Shown here: piece by piece, positions 32,182-41,436 of the stretch
How the letters are laid out: every line of letters begins with the position of its first letter
Position numbering within the stretch: the first letter of the stretch is position 1
NCBI GenBank assembly: GCA_049976445.1
Contig: JBMFIF010000002.1
Coordinates: forward strand, 5,115-69,114
From: Thermoprotei archaeon
Lineage (GTDB): Archaea; Thermoproteota; Thermoprotei; Gearchaeales; WAQG01
Direction: 5' to 3'
DNA length: 64,000 bases
Position numbers and translations under genes: made by a program
Notes under the pieces: generated by a model
Database searches by the model: none
Told to the model about the DNA's origin: nothing
What the model saw: only the letters and a program-made list of their open reading frames with translations

Positions 32182-33282
32182 ATGAAGGAATTAAAACAAC
32201 CAGTACACGGTGGTAGAGTATGGGATGCAGCAGAAAAACTCAACATAAACGTTGAAAAGATTATAGATTTTAGTACAAATACAAATCCATTAGGACCTCC
32301 AAAACAATTAATAACAACATTAATAAAAAATATTAACACTGTTGCTTATTATCCAGATCCTGACTATAGAACATTAAGGATGGAATTGGCAAGGTTTTAT
32401 AACATTAATGAAGAGAATATTATAGTTGGTAATGGTGCAACTGAACTTATACATCTATTTGCACAAACATTCATCTCAGAAAATGACAGAGTAATAATAC
32501 CAATACCCACGTTTGAAGAATACCAATATGCATCACAGAAAGTTAGCGCAAGAATTATTTATATAAAGTCAAAAAACAATATGCACATAAACATAGACAA
32601 AATAATATCAAAAATGAACAATACAAAGGTCATATTTGTATGTAATCCAAATAACCCAACAGGAATATTAGAAAAACAAGAAGATATACTCAATCTAATA
32701 AAAGAGGCTAATAAGAGAAACGTACTAGTTTTTCTTGATGAAAGCTTTATGGATCTAGTAGTTACAAAAAAGCCGTACACGTTAATAAGATCAGTAAACA
32801 TGTTTGATAATCTTTTTATAATAAGATCACTAACAAAAATCTTCAGCATACCCGGATTAAGGATAGGTTTTGGTGTATCTTCAAAGTACTTAATAAAAGA
32901 ACTTAATAAACATAAAATACCATGGAATGTCTCAACACTTATTGAAAAAACTATTCCAGAAGCACTAAAATATGCAAGACAATATCTAAAAACATCAAGA
33001 AAAATAATCAAACAAGAAAGAAACTATATGATAAGTGAACTATCGAAAATTGATGGTATTAAAGTAATAAGCGGTGATGCTAATTTTCTCTTCATAGATA
33101 TAAGTGAAACTGGACTCACATCATCAGAATTAGCAGATCAATTAATAAAACATCGTATACTAATACGAGATTGTAGCACTTTTACAGGACTGAACAACTC
33201 GTACATAAGAATAGCAATAAAGAAACACCGAGAAAACATACTACTAATAAATGCTCTGAAAACAATAGTGATAAGAAAATGA
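32182..33282 (+). CDS. cobD: class I/II aminotransferase-fold enzyme, probable L-threonine-O-3-phosphate decarboxylase (CobD/CobC-type)
   Basis: 366 aa with the HisC-like PLP lysine region SLTKIFSIPGLRIG. Its position between btuD-like and cbiB favours the cobalamin aminopropanol-arm enzyme. Confidence 0.55.
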   Translation: MKELKQPVHGGRVWDAAEKLNINVEKIIDFSTNTNPLGPPKQLITTLIKNINTVAYYPDPDYRTLRMELARFYNINEENIIVGNGATELIHLFAQTFISENDRVIIPIPTFEEYQYASQKVSARIIYIKSKNNMHINIDKIISKMNNTKVIFVCNPNNPTGILEKQEDILNLIKEANKRNVLVFLDESFMDLVVTKKPYTLIRSVNMFDNLFIIRSLTKIFSIPGLRIGFGVSSKYLIKELNKHKIPWNVSTLIEKTIPEALKYARQYLKTSRKIIKQERNYMISELSKIDGIKVISGDANFLFIDISETGLTSSELADQLIKHRILIRDCSTFTGLNNSYIRIAIKKHRENILLINALKTIVIRK

Positions 33283-34235
33283 ACTCCTTCCACACAAGTA
33301 TAATAATTTTAGTATTAGCAGTACTCATAGATATATTATTTGGAGAACCTCCACTCAAAGTTCATCCAGTAGTTTGGGTTGGTAGATTAATTAAATATTT
33401 GGAACGTTACTGTCATGGAGGAAGCACTCAACTAGAGAAAATTAAAGGTACGATGATGGCTATATCAGTAATTATAATATCCATCACAATAACATACATC
33501 GCTTTAAAAATAGTACAGTCTTATCTCGGTTTATATGGATACATAATAATAGCATCTATAATATTCAAAACAACTTTTTCAATACGATCCATGAAAGATC
33601 ACATAAAACCAATAGCTATCTCGTACGAGAAAAATAATAAAGAAAAGGCCAAAGTATTATTGTCACGAGTCGTAAGAAGAAATCCCTGGCAACTCACTGA
33701 TGAACAAATAATCTCAGCTGCAATAGAGACGACAGCAGAAGGCATAGTAGATGGTATAACATCAGCATTGTTCTATTACAGTATACTTGGAATACCAGGT
33801 GCAATAATGCAACGAGTTATAAACACATTGGACTCAATGGTTGGGTATAAAGATGAATATTATAAGAATGTAGGATGGTTCTCAGCAAAATTAGATACAA
33901 TAATAAACTTTATACCAGCTCGTCTCACAGCAATTACTATAGTACTGGCATCATTAATTTTAAAAAAAGATTATAAATTAAGCTTTAAAATAGCATTAAC
34001 AGACCATAAAAATACTGAAAGTCTTAATGCGGGATGGCCAATGTCAGCAATGGCAGGCGCTCTAAGAATACAACTAGAAAAACCCGGACATTACAAACTT
34101 GGGATTCCAATGCAAAAACTAAAGCCAGAACTCATATACGATGCATTAAACATAATGTATACATCAACAACACTTTTCATAATAACAATAATAATTCCTA
34201 TACTTATTCTCTTTAATATCTACCTATTTTTATAA
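33279..34235 (+). CDS. cbiB: adenosylcobinamide-phosphate synthase CbiB
   Basis: 318-aa membrane protein whose N-terminus, with VHPVVWVGRLI, is typical of the CbiB/CobD family. Confidence 0.7.
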   Translation: MNSFHTSIIILVLAVLIDILFGEPPLKVHPVVWVGRLIKYLERYCHGGSTQLEKIKGTMMAISVIIISITITYIALKIVQSYLGLYGYIIIASIIFKTTFSIRSMKDHIKPIAISYEKNNKEKAKVLLSRVVRRNPWQLTDEQIISAAIETTAEGIVDGITSALFYYSILGIPGAIMQRVINTLDSMVGYKDEYYKNVGWFSAKLDTIINFIPARLTAITIVLASLILKKDYKLSFKIALTDHKNTESLNAGWPMSAMAGALRIQLEKPGHYKLGIPMQKLKPELIYDALNIMYTSTTLFIITIIIPILILFNIYLFL

Positions 34236-34342
34236 TTAAAAAACTTACCAGAAAGCACGTGTTCACAAAATGAAATGATCTGATTTTTCGTTATCATTTA
34301 GTTATTTGCGTTAATTTTAAAATATAAGTTTTATAAATTATT

Positions 34343-35158
34343 TTGATAAAAATGTGGTATTTAGATACTCTAGACCGTAAACCTTTAGGTAGAACAAGAG
34401 AAACTGTACCTGCGATCGGTATTGGAACATGGGCTGTAAGGGACTTTAATAAAGCCGAAACAGCTTTAGTTAAAGCAGTAGAGCTTGGGCTTAATATGAT
34501 AGATACTGCAGAAATGTACCACACAGAAGAACTTGTAGGTAAAGTTATCAAAAAGGTTGGTAAAGAGAACGTTTTCATAACAACTAAACTTTTACCTGAA
34601 CACTTTTCAGATGTTGACAATGCATTAAATGCAGCTAAATTAAGCCTTTCAAGATTAGGAATTAATATTGTCGATTTAATTCTAATACACTGGCCTAGAA
34701 CCTTCACACCCATCGAAAAACAAGTCAGAATACTAGAGGCAATAGCCAACGCAGGGTATTCCAGATACATAGGTGTGAGTAATTTTAATGTTAACCAGCT
34801 TTCAAAAGCAACACAATCAACCAAAAAACATGAAATAGTAGTAAACCAAGTAAAATATAGCGTGTTAGATCGAACAATAGAGGATAACTTATTATTATAT
34901 GCTATAGAGCATGGTATAACAATACAAGCATACACACCATTAGAGAAAGGTAAGGTTTCAAACAATAAAATTTTATCTGAAATAGGTAAAAAATACAATA
35001 AGACACCAACACAAGTAGCATTAAATTATCTTATCTCTAACCCCATGGTGACTGCAATACCAAAAACAGAAAAAATCGAAAGAGTATTAGAATTTAAAGG
35101 ATCATTAGGATGGAGACTTATGAAAGAGGACATAGAATTCATTAAGAGCAAAATTTAA
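34343..35158 (+). CDS. aldo/keto reductase
   Basis: 271 aa. IDTAEMY, LIHWP and GVSNF are AKR family signatures. Confidence 0.75.
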   Translation: MIKMWYLDTLDRKPLGRTRETVPAIGIGTWAVRDFNKAETALVKAVELGLNMIDTAEMYHTEELVGKVIKKVGKENVFITTKLLPEHFSDVDNALNAAKLSLSRLGINIVDLILIHWPRTFTPIEKQVRILEAIANAGYSRYIGVSNFNVNQLSKATQSTKKHEIVVNQVKYSVLDRTIEDNLLLYAIEHGITIQAYTPLEKGKVSNNKILSEIGKKYNKTPTQVALNYLISNPMVTAIPKTEKIERVLEFKGSLGWRLMKEDIEFIKSKI

Positions 35159-35193
35159 CCCTAAAAACCTTTAGCTTATCCAGCTATCCTTTC

Positions 35194-35242
35194 TCTGACC
35201 TCTTCCCCACCCTGAAGGGCGAAGTTTGTCCTTCTTTTATCA
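35194..35242 (-). repeat. full copy of the ~49-nt repeat element (inverted relative to the copies at 26523-26672)
   Basis: Its reverse complement is tgataaaagaaggacaaacttcgcccttcagggtggggaagaggtcaga. The 5' part matches 26523-26563 and the 3' part matches 26646-26672. It lies about 60 nt upstream of cbiZ. Confidence 0.5.
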
Positions 35243-35298
35243 ACGAAGAGTGAAGCTTAAATAAATTTTTCAAATAGAAGAATCGTAAGTGAACAAAA

Positions 35299-36411
35299 AT
35301 GAATAACACTCAAAACGTAAAAATCTATTTTAAAGATAATACACTCATCATCGAATCAGCATCAGAAATGGAAGTACTGAGTAGTGCTGTATTCAATGGT
35401 GGAAGACAAAAAGCACAATATATAATAAACTATAAGGTTTCTAAAACCTTTGATGATCCAAAACCAGCACTATACCTAAAAAATGTAATAGAAAAACTAG
35501 GATTACCTCACGATTCAACAATAGGATTAATGACAGCTGCTGATGTTCACAATGCTTCAATAATTAATGAAGGACCAGTTACAGCAATAATTACTGCAGG
35601 CCTTTCAAATACAGCAACCGCCGGTGATGATATAGCAGTACAAAACATCGGAACGATTAATATGATTATTATAGTAAATGGATTACTAAACGAAAACGCT
35701 TTTGTAGATGCAATAATAACTGCCACAGAAGCAAAAACAGTAGCACTTGATCAATTAGATATTATAAGTAGAGTATCAAGAAAAAGAGCAACAGGAACAA
35801 CAACTGATTCTATAGTAATAGCATGCACACAACAAGGTGAAAGATATGAATATGCAGGCACAGCGACAAAAATAGGTAATATGATAGCTAAAAGTGTCAT
35901 AAAAGGTGTTTTAGAAGCCATAAAACTCCAGGAAAATATAACATCATCTAGACCAATATTAAAAAGATTAGAAGAAAGAGGAATTACACTAAAGGATCTC
36001 GTAGAAACGGGTATGGAACTTTATATACATCACCCAAGCATGGGAACAATAGAGAACGCAAGAAAAACATTAGAAGAAATATTGATAGAATCAATGAATG
36101 ATATAAATGTTGCATCATTAATTATTGCCGGAATAAGGATAGAGGAGGAAGGAAGAAAGGGTTTAATACCTGGTCTTACAAGAGAAGAATTTGAAAAAGA
36201 TCCTGTAAATCTAGTGGCTGATGAGTTAATAGGAATGGCTATAGCTGATTACATAGCAGGTTCAAGAGGTATTTTTGAATATGTCAGGTTTGATAGAATA
36301 AAACCAGGCATTATCAGAAATCTAGGGCCCTTCATGGATGACATAATCGGAGCATTAATAGGTGGAGCGTCATCACTCATGTATACAAAATTACTTAAAA
36401 AACAGAAGTGA
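35299..36411 (+). CDS. cbiZ: CbiZ adenosylcobinamide amidohydrolase fused to a CobZ/PgpA-like alpha-ribazole phosphatase domain
   Basis: 370 aa. The N-terminal ~220 aa is CbiZ-like (ASEMEVLSSAVFNGG). The C-terminal ~140 aa has a PgpA-like GPFMDDIIGALIGG pattern. Confidence 0.55.
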   Translation: MNNTQNVKIYFKDNTLIIESASEMEVLSSAVFNGGRQKAQYIINYKVSKTFDDPKPALYLKNVIEKLGLPHDSTIGLMTAADVHNASIINEGPVTAIITAGLSNTATAGDDIAVQNIGTINMIIIVNGLLNENAFVDAIITATEAKTVALDQLDIISRVSRKRATGTTTDSIVIACTQQGERYEYAGTATKIGNMIAKSVIKGVLEAIKLQENITSSRPILKRLEERGITLKDLVETGMELYIHHPSMGTIENARKTLEEILIESMNDINVASLIIAGIRIEEEGRKGLIPGLTREEFEKDPVNLVADELIGMAIADYIAGSRGIFEYVRFDRIKPGIIRNLGPFMDDIIGALIGGASSLMYTKLLKKQK

Positions 36412-37151
36412 TCAAGTTGATAAAACAATTAAAAGCCCTCTTATCATTTCTTACAATAATACCAGTAAAAGAGGAACACGATCTAAAAACAATTGCAGAA
36501 GGTATACACCTCTTTCCATTGATAGGATTTTTCACCGGAATCCTAACAGGATTTATAGCATACCTTATCTCAAGAGTATACCTAAGTCTTTTAACGGGAA
36601 TAATAGCAGTATCATTCCTGGAATTTATAACAGGACTTCACCATTTTGACGCATTGTTAGATTTTGGTGATGGTATTATGGCTAAAACAACACCAGAAAA
36701 GAAAATAGAAATTATGCATGATAAACAAACAGGAAGCGGCGGATTCTGGTTAGGTATTACAATAATTGGAATAAAAATATTTTCAATATCACAATTACAT
36801 GGATTACAACTCTTTACAGCAATAATTCTTTCAGAAATCTCCGCAAAACTTTCAATGGTAATAGGAATGTGGCTAGGCAACCCAGCTTACCCCTCTAGTA
36901 CAGCAGTACCGTTCATAGAAGAAGCACATAAAAACCCTAAAAAACCATTAATAGCTCTTATATTCTCATTATTCATAGCATTACTCTTCATGACAGAAGG
37001 AATATTAATGATAATTACAAGCATAATAGTGGCAGTAATCATTGAACATCTATCACAAAAACATTTTAAAGGTATAACTGGCGATGTATTGGGATCCATG
37101 GATGAAATAACATCAGCTCTCTCATTATTAGTATTAGTGAGCATAATATGA
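36408..37151 (+). CDS. cobS: cobalamin 5'-phosphate synthase CobS
   Basis: 247-aa membrane protein with an LSFLTIIPV N-terminus typical of CobS. A 4-nt overlap with the upstream gene. Confidence 0.75.
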   Translation: MIKLIKQLKALLSFLTIIPVKEEHDLKTIAEGIHLFPLIGFFTGILTGFIAYLISRVYLSLLTGIIAVSFLEFITGLHHFDALLDFGDGIMAKTTPEKKIEIMHDKQTGSGGFWLGITIIGIKIFSISQLHGLQLFTAIILSEISAKLSMVIGMWLGNPAYPSSTAVPFIEEAHKNPKKPLIALIFSLFIALLFMTEGILMIITSIIVAVIIEHLSQKHFKGITGDVLGSMDEITSALSLLVLVSII

Positions 37152-37768
37152 TAAAAATTAAAGCTCTAATCATGGCAGGAGGAAAAGCAACCAGAATGAA
37201 TAACATAGAAAAACCCCTCATAAAAATATGCGGAACCACAATGATAGAAAGAATACTCAATGCACTAAAGAACACTAAGTGCATAGAAGATGTATATATA
37301 ACAACAAGTAAAAATACGAAAAACACAGAAATCCTACTTAAAACCTTAGGATATAAAACAATAACAACTTCAGGAGAAGATTATGTAGAAGACTTAAAAA
37401 ACACAATTATAAAACTAAACATAAAAGATCCCATATTAGTATTACCATCCGATCTACCATTAATAACACCAAATACAATAGAACAATTAATCAATATTTA
37501 CATACAAAACAACTCTCCACCAACAACGACGTTTTACATACCATTGCAACTACTAAAAACAAAAATACGAACAAACTACATAGAACAAATAAATAATATA
37601 AAAGTAATACCATCTGGCATTAGTATAATAAAAGGATCATACATTACGCAAAATGTAATACCGCAAATAAACATAATAGTCGAAAACACAGAATTAAGCG
37701 TTAACGTGAATACGTTATTAGATATAAAAATTGCACAATCAATTTTATGCAAAAGAAATAATAAGTAG
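37148..37768 (+). CDS. cobY: adenosylcobinamide-phosphate guanylyltransferase CobY (archaeal NTP-transferase type)
   Basis: 206 aa with an MAGGKATRM nucleotidyltransferase G-loop. Last gene of the cbiZ-cobS-cobY operon. Confidence 0.6.
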   Translation: MIKIKALIMAGGKATRMNNIEKPLIKICGTTMIERILNALKNTKCIEDVYITTSKNTKNTEILLKTLGYKTITTSGEDYVEDLKNTIIKLNIKDPILVLPSDLPLITPNTIEQLINIYIQNNSPPTTTFYIPLQLLKTKIRTNYIEQINNIKVIPSGISIIKGSYITQNVIPQINIIVENTELSVNVNTLLDIKIAQSILCKRNNK

Positions 37769-37789
37769 TTAAATCAAAGATAAATTTGA

Positions 37790-37960
37790 CATATTATTTA
37801 TTTTATACTCAAGAAGATACTAATGAAATTAAAGAAACATTACTAAAAATTAATACCATGGTCAATGAACCGAAAAATAGCTCGATGATACTTAAAACAA
37901 TATTCTAGGATGTTCATTGCAGAAACAGTGTACCACTATTCGTTATCCCTACCCCTCCAT
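37790..37960 (+). pseudogene. degenerate duplicate of the promoter and 5' end of the gene at 40543
   Basis: About 170 nt are alignable with 40476-40650. The section includes MVNEPKNSSMILKTIF followed by a stop, versus MIVNELANSSMILKTIEENYDSF in the intact copy. Confidence 0.45.
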
Positions 37961-38278
37961 GAGGGATTACGGTTCCATCCTTCAGTACTATGTTTAAGAC
38001 TCCAACGATATCTGAATTCATTACTTAATTACAGTTTGGACAATAAATAATCCTTTATGCAATGCTCTTTAGTCCAAAAATTTCAATCGGTTTTGATTAT
38101 TTTCTCAGTAAATTATAAAATAAGTTCAATTTCAAGATAACTCATATATAGGTCAGTAATTATAGTAAAAATTTAAACACTAAACTTTTCACTAATAAAC
38201 AACTAGATAATTATTGTCTTGAAAAACATTTAGAAAACATTTAAATGCAGTTTCTTACACAATACTACGGGAAAGTTC

Positions 38279-38530
38279 GTGGAGAAATCAATTGAAGAGT
38301 TTGAGAAAGAAATCGAGAAAGTAAGTAGATACAAGATTAAAGCCATGATTGCATTACTTAAGCTCAGAGAAGAATATGGTGCGGAATATTTAAAAAAGAA
38401 ACGTGGAGCTATACGAAATAAGGATGAACTTCGTAAACTTGCTGAAGCCTGTAAATTAAACTGGAAATTTATGGAAGAGGTGGGAATAATACGACGCATC
38501 AACAACAAGGAAATAATAATAGCAATATGA
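38279..38530 (+). CDS. small hypothetical protein
   Basis: 83-aa charged helical ORF with a 4-nt overlap on the next gene. Possibly a small DNA-binding or antitoxin-like protein. Confidence 0.3.
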   Translation: MEKSIEEFEKEIEKVSRYKIKAMIALLKLREEYGAEYLKKKRGAIRNKDELRKLAEACKLNWKFMEEVGIIRRINNKEIIIAI

Positions 38531-39120
38531 TCTCAGAATTTAGAAATCAATTTAAATTGTTTAGTGAAAAACTATTATTCATCAAAGATACTACTATGAG
38601 ATTTCTTATGTTATTGGCATTCATTAATACTTTTTTAGAAAAACATGCCTTAGGCAAAATAATAATCTCTAGAGGTTTTGCTGCTGAATTTTATAGCGGG
38701 GGTGGGTACAAAACTTTAGATGTTGATGTGATAGTTGAAGGAAAAACTGAAACCGTAAACCTGTTAAAAGAACTTTTAAAATCAATTGGCTATATTGAAT
38801 CTGGCAGATTTTATGTAGCAACACTATCAAGTTTAGTTGATAAAGCGCTCGACATAGTCGGAGTAGTTTATGACAAACCTAAACCACCCATAAAAATAAA
38901 AACAAACGAATACCATGTTTACATGATACCACCTGAAGAAGCAATAATTTATGCTTTAGCAGCAGCTAAATACTGGCTCTCAGTTTCAGATTTTGAAAGA
39001 GCTGTCTTAGTTTATGTAGTACAAAAAGAAAACCTTGATATCGAATACCTTAAAAAACGAGCTAGAGAAGAAAATGTTACAGAGTATCTAACCAAAATTA
39101 TAGAAATCGCAGAAAAATAA
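38527..39120 (+). CDS. hypothetical protein, weak nucleotidyltransferase-like motif
   Basis: 197 aa. YSGGGYKTLDVDVIV loosely resembles an NTase G-S...D-x-D core. Confidence 0.3.
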   Translation: MISEFRNQFKLFSEKLLFIKDTTMRFLMLLAFINTFLEKHALGKIIISRGFAAEFYSGGGYKTLDVDVIVEGKTETVNLLKELLKSIGYIESGRFYVATLSSLVDKALDIVGVVYDKPKPPIKIKTNEYHVYMIPPEEAIIYALAAAKYWLSVSDFERAVLVYVVQKENLDIEYLKKRAREENVTEYLTKIIEIAEK

Positions 39121-39206
39121 TCCTATCTATATCACCTGTGGGTCTTATAATTGTGTAATTTCTTATAAAAATTAACAAAAAAGAGAAGATCGAAAAACTA
39201 TGAAAA

Positions 39207-39527
39207 GTGAAGAATAAAGAATATAATGACCTATCTCCTAAAGATCGGAATATAGCTATGGTTTTTCAAAATTATGCTCTCTATCCTCATATGAGTGTTT
39301 ATGATAATATTGCATTTCCTTTAAAAATGAAAAATTTTCTAAACTTGAAATTGATAAGAAGGTTAAGTATGTTGCTGAACTATTCAGGGCGGAGAGCTCT
39401 CCGACGAGTTTCGTGCTCATGGAGGTCAACGGCCTACACCCCAGTCAGTTCTGTAAACACAGAACTGACTAATATGTTATATAAGGAGGTCAGAATTCAT
39501 TATTACCAGCTATTTTATTTTTTATAG
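39207..39527 (+). pseudogene. fragment of a sugar ABC transporter ATPase (MalK-like), frameshifted
   Basis: [30 protein letters not shown] matches the MalK Q-loop region, and a +1 frame continues [15 protein letters not shown]. Walker A and the C-terminal domains are absent. Confidence 0.6.
39443..39470 (+). terminator. perfect 12-bp stem hairpin (agtcagttctgt-aaac-acagaactgact)
   Basis: An inverted repeat at the end of the malK fragment. It may be a terminator or a protein-binding site. Confidence 0.35.
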
Positions 39528-39559
39528 AAAAAAGCAAGGAATGTTTATTCTTAATGAGA

Positions 39560-40354
39560 TTATTTCCTAGTTACATAGAAGCTGGTTCCATCTGTAGTTA
39601 ATGGTGATGGTTGGGCTAACACTTTTCCATTGTTACTTACCATTATTACATATTCGTGTGGTAGGTCTCCTATTCGAGCAGTTATGCCACCGATGGTAGC
39701 ATAGTTTGTGTTCTGAATGTTTGTATAATCATAACCGTAATATGCTGTTCCAAAATTAGCGAGTATAGTTAAGCTTCCAGCTATTGCTGGCCTTTCTTCT
39801 ATCCATTCTGCAGATAGCATGGATGAAGTGTAGTTAACAAGTATTGAAAAGTGTTCGTTTTGTGTTAAATCATTTAGTGTTATGTTCCATTCTTGTGTTG
39901 TAGTATTTATTATTCTTACCATGAATATCATGGCAAACATATAGTCTCCTGGTTTCACAACATAACCTGATATTCTGGTTTCCGAAGCTGGCAGTAATTC
40001 ATACCATGCATAATAGAAAGTTTGGCTTTGCCATGAATCGGATTCGGTACCTGTTTGGATTAAAGAATTATCTCCTGAAAAGAAACCACCTATACCAATC
40101 CACTGAGATGAGTAAACAGGCTTTTTGCTTGGTTGGACTGTTTGAACTATCCATGAACCATTAACTGCAGTAACGGAGGGTGTGGGATTAGTAAAGCTTG
40201 ATGCTACAACATATCCTGCCCAATTTAAAGAATATACTTGATTTTTCGGAACATTATGCGATGCTGTTACATCTGTAGTTGGTGAGAAGCTCGGTATTAA
40301 AAGTAGTAATATTACTATGCTTATTATGTTCACGTAACGATTTTTATAGCTCAT
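39560..40354 (-). CDS. secreted peptidase G1 (eqolisin / glutamic peptidase) family
   Basis: 264 aa with an N-terminal signal/TM. SLNWAGYVV, QWIGIGG (catalytic Gln region) and SAEWIEERP (catalytic Glu region) match scytalidoglutamic-peptidase motifs. Confidence 0.65.
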   Translation of the reverse strand: MSYKNRYVNIISIVILLLLIPSFSPTTDVTASHNVPKNQVYSLNWAGYVVASSFTNPTPSVTAVNGSWIVQTVQPSKKPVYSSQWIGIGGFFSGDNSLIQTGTESDSWQSQTFYYAWYELLPASETRISGYVVKPGDYMFAMIFMVRIINTTTQEWNITLNDLTQNEHFSILVNYTSSMLSAEWIEERPAIAGSLTILANFGTAYYGYDYTNIQNTNYATIGGITARIGDLPHEYVIMVSNNGKVLAQPSPLTTDGTSFYVTRK

Positions 40355-40542
40355 GATTTATTTTAGTTTTACAAGTTAATAAGCTTACTTGTTAATTGGT
40401 TAATAGTGAAGTTACAAAAGAATGAAGTCCTAAGCTTTAAAGGGCGAGAAGATCATATATTAAACTCTGGAAATTTGTAATTTGATATTATACTCAGGAA
40501 GATATTAATAAAATTAAAGATAACTCACTATCAAAAATTGGT

Positions 40543-41436
40543 ATGATAGTTAATGAGCTGGCGAATAGTTCGATGATACTTAAAACAATAGAGGAGAATT
40601 ATGATAGTTTCATAGAAACTGTTCTGAGCGATGTGAGCAGTGAGATTAGTAGGTTGTCTATTCATTTCGTTGGATTACAAAATTTTGCAACACTCTTTAC
40701 TGATTCTAGATTTCCATATTCAATTTTTAAAACAATTCTCTTCGTGTTAACCAGCGTACCTTTAAAGGTTATTTTTGGAATTATAATAGCATTTCTTTTT
40801 TCAAGTCCACTAATTTACGGTAGAAAAATTATGCGAGCAATGTTATTAATTCCATGGGCTCTACCAGTACTCCTCTCAGTAACAACATGGAGAATGCTAT
40901 TTGCCCCCGATGGCCCATTAGCCTTGATTCTCAGTCAGATGTTAAATTATAAATTCAGCATCTATACTCATGAATGGGATGCATTTTTTGTGTATAATAT
41001 TGTAGAGATGTGGTTAGCATACCCATTCATAATGACTATAACAATGGGTGCAATAGCAAGTGTACCTAAAGAATTTATAGAGGCATCATATATGGATGGG
41101 ATAAGCGTTTTCTCTCGGTTTAGAAAAATCATGTTACCTTTAACAATTAAACCTATACTCTTTGCAACAATACTTACTAGTGGCGCATCGTTACAGGCGT
41201 TTATGGTACCGTTACTTATAAACGATGGTGGACCAACAACTATGATAAAGTTACCAGGATTTACTTCAACCCTTGGAAATGCAAACGAATTAATGATCCT
41301 TTATGGATACAATAGAGCCTGGCTAGATCAACAATATGGTCTTTCGACAGCTACATTTCTCGTAGTCGTCGCTATTCTATTCATATATGCATTAATATGG
41401 TTTTACTTCATCTATAGAAGAGGTACCACAAAATGA
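40543..41436 (+). CDS. sugar ABC transporter permease (MalF/UgpA-like), apparently lacking TM1
   Basis: 297 aa with EAA-like EASYMDGIS. The first ~40 aa are hydrophilic and unrelated to a permease N-terminus. Only 5 TM segments follow the FVGLQNF region. Confidence 0.65.
   Translation: MIVNELANSSMILKTIEENYDSFIETVLSDVSSEISRLSIHFVGLQNFATLFTDSRFPYSIFKTILFVLTSVPLKVIFGIIIAFLFSSPLIYGRKIMRAMLLIPWALPVLLSVTTWRMLFAPDGPLALILSQMLNYKFSIYTHEWDAFFVYNIVEMWLAYPFIMTITMGAIASVPKEFIEASYMDGISVFSRFRKIMLPLTIKPILFATILTSGASLQAFMVPLLINDGGPTTMIKLPGFTSTLGNANELMILYGYNRAWLDQQYGLSTATFLVVVAILFIYALIWFYFIYRRGTTK

Noticed and set aside
34294-34998. 234-aa minus-strand ORF
   Set aside because: It lies entirely inside the well-supported aldo/keto reductase gene on the opposite strand. 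It is a shadow ORF.
35160-35300. Possible cobalamin riboswitch upstream of cbiZ
   Set aside because: The GC-rich element here lacks a recognisable B12-box (GCCACUG-like) and is in the orientation of the repeat family found near non-cobalamin genes. It is kept only as a repeat-family finding.
36362-36649. 95-aa plus-strand ORF bridging the cbiZ and cobS junction
   Set aside because: It is out of frame with both genes and low-complexity. The cobS frame carries the conserved LSFLTIIPV start.
38230-38508. 92-aa minus-strand ORF opposite the 83-aa plus-strand ORF
   Set aside because: The plus-strand ORF is coupled by a 4-nt overlap to the following gene and has a protein-like composition. The minus ORF is Ser/Leu-rich shadow sequence.
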